Origin: Pseudomonadales bacterium
GTDB taxonomy: Bacteria > Pseudomonadota > Gammaproteobacteria > Pseudomonadales > Azotimanducaceae
Direction of reading: 5' to 3'
Length of the DNA stretch: 31,986 nt
Assembly (NCBI GenBank): GCA_046582225.1
Contig: JAYGEV010000253.1
Location: 1 to 31,986 of the forward strand
Part shown: piece after piece, positions 25,585-31,986 of the stretch
How positions within the stretch are numbered: the stretch's first letter is position 1
Layout of the letters: the number at the start of each line of letters is the position of its first letter
Notes under the pieces: generated by a model
Databases searched by the model: none
What the model saw: the letters and a program-made list of their open reading frames with translations, nothing else
What the model was told of the DNA's origin: nothing
Position numbers and translations under genes: made by a program

Positions 25585-26548
25585 GCTCTTCCAGCGCTGC
25601 CTGCTGCTCACGCAGACTCAGAATATGCTCCGACCAGTACCGTTCGGTGTTGAACCACGGGAATGCCCGGGGGAAGGCGGGATCGTTCCAGCGTCGGGCG
25701 ATCCAGGCAGCGTGGTGCATGATGCGCAACGTACGCAGCGGCTCGATCAGCCGCAGGCTTGATAGATCAAAGCTCGCGAATTGCTCGTATGCATCGAGGA
25801 TCATGCCGATTTGTGCTTCGCGTTCTTCGCGCTCCCCGGACAGCAACATCCACAGATCCTGAATGGGCGGACCGTTTACGCAGTCGTCGAAATCGACAAA
25901 GTGCGGGAGGTCGTTGCGCCACAGTATGTTTCCAAGATGGCAGTCGCCATGGATGCGCCGCCATTGCACAGTGTTCTCGAACGATTGCGTGAGCCGCTCC
26001 AGCAGATGCTCGGTGATGCTGGAGTAGGCGGGCTCCAGCTCCAGGGGAATGAACTGGTTGTCGAGCAGAAACTCACGACTGTCGATCCCAAGCAGCTCCA
26101 CACTGAGGGTCCGCCGCGTGCTGAACGGGCTGATGCTGCCGATGGAATGGATGCGCCCCAGCGTGCGTGAAAGCACCTTGAGATCTGCCTCTATTTCGAT
26201 GTTTGGCGTATGTCCGCCCTGGCGCGGAAACACCGCGAAACGAAATCCCTGGTGCTCGAACAGCGTGGTTCCATCGCGGACCAGGGGCCCCACCGCAGAC
26301 AGTTCCTGGTCGATGAGTTCCTGGGTGAACTGATGTTCTTCGAGAATCTGTTCATTGCTCCAGCGTTCGGGCCGATAAAACTTACCCACGACAAATGAAT
26401 CGTCCTCGAGTTCGAGCTGGTAGACGCGGTTTTCGTAGCTGTTCAGCTCGAGCAGGCTCCCGGTGCACGCGAATCCCACCGCTTCAAGAGCATCCAGTAT
26501 CAGGTCGGGGGTAAACCCTGCATAAGGCGTGGCATCGGTGTTCTCCAT
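25565..26548 (-). CDS. srkA: Stress-response Ser/Thr kinase SrkA (YihE/RdoA), 327 aa from its own ATG
   Basis: LNSYENRVY, KFYRPERWS, FAVFPRQGG, RIHGDCHLGNIL, DFDDC, IQDLWMLL, WIARRWNDPAFPRAFPWF. Confidence 0.93.
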   Translation of the reverse strand: MENTDATPYAGFTPDLILDALEAVGFACTGSLLELNSYENRVYQLELEDDSFVVGKFYRPERWSNEQILEEHQFTQELIDQELSAVGPLVRDGTTLFEHQGFRFAVFPRQGGHTPNIEIEADLKVLSRTLGRIHSIGSISPFSTRRTLSVELLGIDSREFLLDNQFIPLELEPAYSSITEHLLERLTQSFENTVQWRRIHGDCHLGNILWRNDLPHFVDFDDCVNGPPIQDLWMLLSGEREEREAQIGMILDAYEQFASFDLSSLRLIEPLRTLRIMHHAAWIARRWNDPAFPRAFPWFNTERYWSEHILSLREQQAALEEPTLTVS

Positions 26549-27292
26549 GGTCGGGCAGTTTAACAGGCGTGCGTACTGGGGTGCCCGGAAAACGCCTGCC
26601 GGGTCCGGCGTTCGCGTTGCGCACCAGGCATGCACCTCGCTTGCGCCGGCTGCCAGCAGCGTGGCAGCCAGTTCGGCCAGCGTGGTGACAGTAGTCATGA
26701 CGTCGTCGATCACTGCCAGTCGTTCGCCCTGCCAGGAGCCCGAGGCAAACGCGCCAGTCAAATTCCTGCGGCGTTCTTCGCGCGACAGGCCCCGTTGGGA
26801 GGGACCGTGTCGTACCCGGGTGACTCGGGTGCGATTGACGTACCTGGCGACAGTTGTTGCGAGGCTGAGGGCCTGATTGTGGCCACGGCGAGCGAGTCGG
26901 CGTAGCGACAGCGGAACCGGAACCAGGGCGTCGGGAAGCTGCTGGTCCAGGTATCCATGCAGCACTGCTTCGGCCAGCAAAGCGCCGAGCAGGCGTGCTT
27001 CAACCAGGCCGTGATGGAACTTCAGACGCCGGACCCACGAGCGGGCTTCTCCCTGGTAACGCAACGGCGCCACGCAGCGCTGGAATGCGGGCCGGTTAGC
27101 GCCGCAATCCGTGCATAGGCCTTCGCCGCGAATGTCGTTCATGGGCAATGCGCAACCTGAACAGCAGTGCTCGTTCCACGGCAAGCTGGATCGACAATGC
27201 ATGCACAGATCGATGTTGACCCCATCGGGGCAGACCTGGTCGCACAACAGGCAGATATTTGGGAACAGCCTGGTGTTGATCCATTTGCGCAT
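26549..27292 (-). CDS. comF: ComF/GntX family (double zinc ribbon plus PRTase domain); no stop codon, reads in frame into srkA
   Basis: CLLC/CMHC/CSGC/CTDC zinc ribbons, LVPVPLS..RLARRGHNQA, SQRGLSREERRRNL and DDVMTT. Start placed at ATG 27292. Confidence 0.88.
26557..26562 (-). promoter_or_regulatory. -10-like element (TAAACT) 8 nt upstream of the srkA ATG, inside the comF read-through
   Basis: Minus strand reads TAAACT-gcccgacc-ATG with no SD. Confidence 0.4.
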
Positions 27293-27427
27293 GGAACGAG
27301 GCTGCCTACCGTAGCGCGCGACCGTATCGGCAAATATCTGCTGTTGTGGTGAGAACGACGTCACAGTTTGGGTATGAACTTCGCCCGCGAGTCTGACGGT
27401 CAATTACTCTGAACCGAAGGATTGCCG

Positions 27428-27449
27428 ATGCCGGATGTTGCACCGGCAT
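27428..27449. other. GC-rich hairpin in the comF / small-protein divergent intergenic region
   Basis: ATGCCGG-atgttgca-CCGGCAT is a perfect 7-bp inverted repeat. Confidence 0.3.
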
Positions 27450-27475
27450 GCCGACGAAAAGATTGAAGGTAGAAA

Positions 27476-27754
27476 ATGGCTGTGAACCCAATGATGGAAG
27501 GTGTGATGAGCACCGGGGTCCAAGGCTTGAACTCTGCTCTCAAAGGATTGAATGAAGCGGCACAGGATGTGGCAGAGCTCAATGTCGCCCGCAACGCCGG
27601 CTGGGAAACTCAAGCCGAAAGGCCCGAGACCGCGAATGACGCGGCAGAAGCGCTGGTGAGCCTCAAGCTGTACCAGTGCCAGGTCCAGGCTTCAGCGAAC
27701 GTGGTAGCTGCCGCGGACGCGGTGCTCGGATTCCTGCTCGATATTCGCGCCTGA
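27476..27754 (+). CDS. Small protein with flagellar basal-body-rod C-terminal-like tail (hypothetical)
   Basis: GVQGLNSA...AAQDVA N-terminus and ALVSLK..Q.QASANVV..ADAVLG.LLDIRA C-terminus, recognised as a rod/hook C-terminal-like pattern. Confidence 0.7.
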   Translation: MAVNPMMEGVMSTGVQGLNSALKGLNEAAQDVAELNVARNAGWETQAERPETANDAAEALVSLKLYQCQVQASANVVAAADAVLGFLLDIRA

Positions 27755-27866
27755 TACCGGCAGACCTCCGCCAAAGCCTCCTCGGCGCGTTCGTTGCGTG
27801 TCGAATGTGCCTCCTCAGTGACATTACAGATGGTCGCGGGTTCCAACCTGCCTGAAAGGAGTCAAC

Positions 27867-29645
27867 ATGCCGGTATCCCTGCGAGACATTCAATTTCTCA
27901 TTCACGACGTGTTCGACTTTGAAGGTCACTATCGCGCACTTGATCTCGCCGCTCCGCCGACCTTCGAACTCATCGATGCGATCGTCGATGAGGCTGCCCG
28001 TTTCACCGAAAACGAACTTGCGCCGCTCAATCGCAGCGGAGATGAAGACGGTTGCCACTTTGCCGATGGACACGTATCTACGCCAAAGGGTTTCAAACAG
28101 GCGTATGCGAAATATATCGAAGGTGGCTGGGCGGGATTGAGCGGCGATCCGGAGTATGGCGGACAGGGTTTGCCCGACAGCATGAGCCTGTTCCTCGAAG
28201 ACCTGATGTGCTGTGCGAACATGGCGTGGACCATGTACCCCGGCCTGTCGCGCGGCGCCATGACCGCACTGGAGTCCCACGGTAGTGCTGAGTTGAAATC
28301 ACAGTTTCTGGGAAAGCTTCTGAGTGGCGAGTGGACCGGCACCATGTGCCTTACCGAACCTCGGGCCGGTTCCGATGTCGGTCTTGCAAAGACTAAAGCC
28401 GAACGGGTTGCCGACGGTAGCTACGCCATTACCGGGACCAAGATATTCATTTCCGCCGGTGACCACGACATGGCGGAGAACATCGTGCACCTGGTGCTGG
28501 CGCGCCTGCCCGATGCACCGCAAGGCACCCCGGGCATATCCATGTTTGTGGTCCCCAAGTTCAATCTGGACGGCAGCCGCAACGCGGTGGATTGCGGTTC
28601 CATCGAAGAGAAGATGGGCATACATGGCAATGCCACCTGCGTCCTCAATTTTGATCAGGCATGCGGCTATCTGGTGGGCGAACCGGGCAACGGCATGCGC
28701 TACATGTTTACGATGATGAACGGTGCGCGCCTGGTGGTGGGTCTACAGGGTACATGCCAGGCCCACGCCGCGTATCTGCGCTCTGCCGATTACGCCCGCG
28801 AGCGGTTGCAGATGCGATCGCTGACCGGACCTAAGGCGCCGGAACAACCGGCTGACCCAATCATTGTGCATCCGGATGTACGCCGCATGCTGCTGCTGCA
28901 GCGCGCCATTGCCGAAGGCGGCCGCGCGCTGGTCTACTACGTGGGCCAGGTGGCCGACCGTGCGCGGCAGGGACCAGCCGAGGACCGCGCAACGGCTGCC
29001 GAGTTGCTGGATTTCCTCACCCCGATCGTCAAAGGAATTCTCACCGAGCTTGGTTTCGAATCGGTGAACCAGGCCGTGCAGATCTTTGGTGGCCATGGCT
29101 TTATCCGCGAGACGGGTGTTGAGCAGTACGTGCGCGATGTGCGAATCGCGACCATCTACGAAGGCACCACTCAGATTCAGGCTCTGGATCTGCTGGGCCG
29201 CAAGATTCTAGCGAACCAGGGCCGGGGATTGATTGCGTTCACGGCGGAAATGAACACGCTCGCGGAGTCCATCGAAACTTCGCTCCCCGAAATGGCAGCG
29301 GAGTTGAAAGCGCTTGGCAAACAGTTGGGTAAACTCACCACCAACCTGTGCGCAACGGCCACGCAGGATCTCGATGAACTGGGCGCGGCAGCGGTGGACT
29401 ACCTGTTCTACAGCGGTTATTCGGCGCTGGCGTACTGTTGGGCACTGATTGCCAGGGCAGCCATCGCCGCGGAACCCGCGGGCGTCGAAGCTGCGAGTTC
29501 AGATCCGTTCGTTTCCGGTAAGCTTGCTGTGGCCCGCTTCTATTTCGCCCGGGTGTTGCCCAGGGTCGCAGGCCACAAAGCCGCGATCGAGGCAGGCAAG
29601 AGCACGTTGATGAACGTTGGCGAGGATGCGCTGACGATCCTCTAG
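27867..29645 (+). CDS. Long-form acyl-CoA dehydrogenase with C-terminal domain (FadE5/DmdC-like)
   Basis: GTMCLTEPRAGSDVG, GTKIFISAGDHD, EEKMGIHGNATC, HPDVRRML, QIFGGHGFIRE, IYEGTTQIQALDLLGRK. SD AAGGAG. Confidence 0.93.
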   Translation: MPVSLRDIQFLIHDVFDFEGHYRALDLAAPPTFELIDAIVDEAARFTENELAPLNRSGDEDGCHFADGHVSTPKGFKQAYAKYIEGGWAGLSGDPEYGGQGLPDSMSLFLEDLMCCANMAWTMYPGLSRGAMTALESHGSAELKSQFLGKLLSGEWTGTMCLTEPRAGSDVGLAKTKAERVADGSYAITGTKIFISAGDHDMAENIVHLVLARLPDAPQGTPGISMFVVPKFNLDGSRNAVDCGSIEEKMGIHGNATCVLNFDQACGYLVGEPGNGMRYMFTMMNGARLVVGLQGTCQAHAAYLRSADYARERLQMRSLTGPKAPEQPADPIIVHPDVRRMLLLQRAIAEGGRALVYYVGQVADRARQGPAEDRATAAELLDFLTPIVKGILTELGFESVNQAVQIFGGHGFIRETGVEQYVRDVRIATIYEGTTQIQALDLLGRKILANQGRGLIAFTAEMNTLAESIETSLPEMAAELKALGKQLGKLTTNLCATATQDLDELGAAAVDYLFYSGYSALAYCWALIARAAIAAEPAGVEAASSDPFVSGKLAVARFYFARVLPRVAGHKAAIEAGKSTLMNVGEDALTIL

Positions 29646-29669
29646 GTCATCGGATCAGTCCGGGGGGGA

Positions 29670-31415
29670 ATGAACGCCATGTTGGAATACCAGGCTCCAC
29701 AACGGGAATTCGAATTTCTGTTGTTCGAACTGTTTGACGCGAACAGGCGCTGGAGCCAGATACCGGCTTTCTCCGAGGTCGGTGAGGAACTTGCGAAAGC
29801 CGTTATCGCCGAGGGTGCCAGACTGGCCGCCGAAGTAATGGCCCCGCTCAATCAGTCCGCCGATGCAGAGGGTTGCCATTGGCAGGATGGCGTGGTCACC
29901 ACCCCGGCGGGCTTCAAGGCCGCCTATCAGAAAATTACCCAGGGTGGCTGGCTGGGACTGTCGGGCAATCCCGAGTTCGAAGGCCAGGGCATGCCGAAGA
30001 TGCTCGGCTGCCTGCTCGAGGAGATGTTCTGGGCGGCGAACACCAGCCTGTATCTGTACGGCACGCTCTCGGTGGGTACTTCCATCTGCATTGAGGCACA
30101 CGGCTCAGCAGCCCAGAAGGCGCTGTATCTGCCAAAGCTCTATGGCGGACAGTGGAGTGGCGCCATGGGATTGACCGAGTCTCATGCCGGATCCGACCTC
30201 GGCCTGATTCGTACCAGGGCTGAGCGCGATGCCGATGGCAGCTACCGAATCACCGGTACCAAGATGTTCATTACCAGCGGCGAGCATGATCTCAGCGAGA
30301 ACATCGTGCACCTGGTGCTCGCGAAAGTGCCGGGTGGCCCTGCGGGGAGCAAAGGCATTTCGCTGTTCATCGTGCCTAAATTTCTGCCCGATGCCGATGG
30401 CAATCCTGGCGTGCGCAACAGCCTCACCAGCGGATCCATCGAGCACAAGATGGGCATCAGAGGCAGCGCCACTTCGGTAATGAATTTCGATGCCGCGGTC
30501 GGCTACCTGGTGGGTGAGGAGAACCAGGGTCTGCCCGGCATGTTCACCATGATGAACTACGAACGTCTGTCGGTTGGAATACAGGGGTTGGGTGCGGGCG
30601 AGCTTGCCTACCAGCAAGCCGTTCGCTACGCCCGGGATCGAGTTCAGGGTCGCTCGCCCTTGGGGCCGCAAAACCCCGAAGCCGCTGCGGATTCGCTACT
30701 GGTTCATCCGGACGTCAGGCGCATGCTGCTGACGATTCGTACGCTCACCGAGGCGGGGCGGGCGTTCGCCGTGTTCGTTGGTTTGCAGCTGGATCGCGCG
30801 CGCTATCTCGGCGACCAGAATGCGCAGGCCCTTTCGGAACTGCTCACCCCGGTCGCCAAGGCGTTTCTGAGCGATCGCGGTTTCGACTGCGCGGTGCTGG
30901 CGCAGCAGGTATTCGGCGGTCATGGCTACATCAAAGAATGGGGCGTGGAGCAGATCGTTCGCGATTCCCGGATTGCGCAGATCTATGAAGGCACCAACGG
31001 CATCCAGGCGCATGATCTGATCGGTCGCAAGGTTCTGCGCGACGGCGGCGCTGCGCTGCGGGGGCTCCTGGACTCGGTCGACACCCAGCAGGTGCCTGAA
31101 GATTTTCGGGCCGACCTCGGCGTGGCGGTGGCGCGACTGCTCGCGGTGACCGACTCGCTGATCGAAAGATCCAGGTTGGATCCGGTGTTGCCGGGCGCAG
31201 TAGCCACCGATTATCTGGATCTGGTTGGCTACACGTTGTATGCGTGGATCTGGGCGCGCATGGCACAGGTTGCCCCGGATGATGATTTCGGCGCTGCCAA
31301 ACGTAGCTGCGCGGCGTTCTATTTCGCTCGGCTGCTGCCGCAGACCGTTGCCCTGGAGCAGAGCATCAACGGTGAATCTTCGGTAGTGATGGACATGCCC
31401 GAGGCGTTGTTCTAA
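29670..31415 (+). CDS. Long-form acyl-CoA dehydrogenase with C-terminal domain, tandem paralog
   Basis: GAMGLTESHAGSDLG, GTKMFITSGEHD, EHKMGIRGSAT, HPDVRRML, QVFGGHGYIKEW, IYEGTNGIQ. Confidence 0.93.
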   Translation: MNAMLEYQAPQREFEFLLFELFDANRRWSQIPAFSEVGEELAKAVIAEGARLAAEVMAPLNQSADAEGCHWQDGVVTTPAGFKAAYQKITQGGWLGLSGNPEFEGQGMPKMLGCLLEEMFWAANTSLYLYGTLSVGTSICIEAHGSAAQKALYLPKLYGGQWSGAMGLTESHAGSDLGLIRTRAERDADGSYRITGTKMFITSGEHDLSENIVHLVLAKVPGGPAGSKGISLFIVPKFLPDADGNPGVRNSLTSGSIEHKMGIRGSATSVMNFDAAVGYLVGEENQGLPGMFTMMNYERLSVGIQGLGAGELAYQQAVRYARDRVQGRSPLGPQNPEAAADSLLVHPDVRRMLLTIRTLTEAGRAFAVFVGLQLDRARYLGDQNAQALSELLTPVAKAFLSDRGFDCAVLAQQVFGGHGYIKEWGVEQIVRDSRIAQIYEGTNGIQAHDLIGRKVLRDGGAALRGLLDSVDTQQVPEDFRADLGVAVARLLAVTDSLIERSRLDPVLPGAVATDYLDLVGYTLYAWIWARMAQVAPDDDFGAAKRSCAAFYFARLLPQTVALEQSINGESSVVMDMPEALF

Positions 31416-31986
31416 CGCGGGACGTCTGCGGCCTCGTTTAGCGCGCCTGCAGGGCACGGATGCTCGTCACGCTCTGTGTCACACACGATGATGGAGCGCA
31501 TGTAGGCGGCCCAGACAGCGATTTCAGTTTCGCTGATAGCGGACCCACCTTGAGCCACTGGCGGGACTGTTTTGGTGCGGGTAATCATGTAGAAGTAGTC
31601 GTTTGCCTGGATCGCTTTGATCAGCGTGACCTGTGCTTTGTGGGTCTGCTTATGCTGAACGCAGGTCAGCAATCGCACGATGTCGGGTAGTTGTTCTCCA
31701 GGCCGGAGCTGATATTGGGGTGTTCGAACCGCTCGCACATCGCAGCTTGATCGGCACCGATACCCATCACGAACTCGATGGGATCGGGCAATGGATCTCC
31801 GCTGAGGGATTCGAAAGTTACTCTTTCAATCCGTTCGCTGTTGGCATCATCGTCTGGAAAGAACTCCGCCACGCGTAACTTGGCGGTCTTAGTTGCGTGC
31901 CCCTGACGCCAACCGTCAGGCGCTCGTGCGAGCAGCCTTTCACCGGATTGTTCGGCTGACGCACCCCGGGTCTTTGGGTGGTCGGC
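31412..31986 (-). pseudogene. Uncharacterised (probably exported) protein, 5' end outside window, frameshifted near 31678
   Basis: The frame is open from the window end (..SGERLLARAPDGWRQGH..VAEFFP..LENNYPTS) and switches to ..RLLTC..VTLIKAIQANDYFY..WAAYMRSIIVCDTERDEHPCP. Restoring one G (tcg gtg) joins the two frames. Confidence 0.7.

Noticed and set aside
27400-27460. Sigma28 (FliA) promoter upstream of the rod-like small gene
   Set aside because: GCCGAT/GCCGAC -10-like hexamers are present, but there is no TAAA-type -35 at the correct spacing.
29661-29668. G7 run before the second long ACAD (and G6 before the PQQ gene) as phase-variation tracts
   Set aside because: They are short, intergenic and positioned as Shine-Dalgarno sequences.
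1-31986. CRISPR arrays, tRNA/rRNA, IS/transposase, integrase, phage or defence genes
   Set aside because: I saw no spaced repeats, cloverleaf or rRNA signatures, terminal inverted repeats or corresponding protein motifs. All intergenic gaps are under about 190 nt.

Overview
Densely coding bacterial chromosome window, GC-rich (roughly 60% by eye). Gene content and order suggest a Gammaproteobacterium, probably Pseudomonadales-like; this is inference and no search was run. It holds about 32 housekeeping and accessory metabolic genes: a partial LysR, a CBS-less KpsF/GutQ-type SIS isomerase, a GH20 hexosaminidase coupled to a NahK-like kinase, DUF2970, a TonB_C protein, a nitroreductase, an exported M20 amidohydrolase, a quinohemoprotein PQQ dehydrogenase, a nadE-MBL-DUF924-AlkD operon, a heteromeric acyl-CoA dehydrogenase pair, MOSC, HAD, aceK, two SDRs, TauE, an MBL hydrolase, an acyltransferase, comF-srkA and two tandem long acyl-CoA dehydrogenases. 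I saw no rRNA, tRNA, CRISPR, IS or phage genes. The most notable observations are: comF reads in frame into srkA with no stop; the PQQ-heme c dehydrogenase lacks the vicinal Cys-Cys; a putative cytoplasmic N-acetylhexosamine salvage module is present; several genes have -10 boxes only 6-9 nt before the ATG (leaderless-like); and the biotin operon seems absent from its usual comF-adjacent position. Four unrelated genes are broken (two in-frame stops, two frameshifts). This may reflect consensus-sequence errors rather than biology, and the same caveat applies to the comF-srkA fusion.
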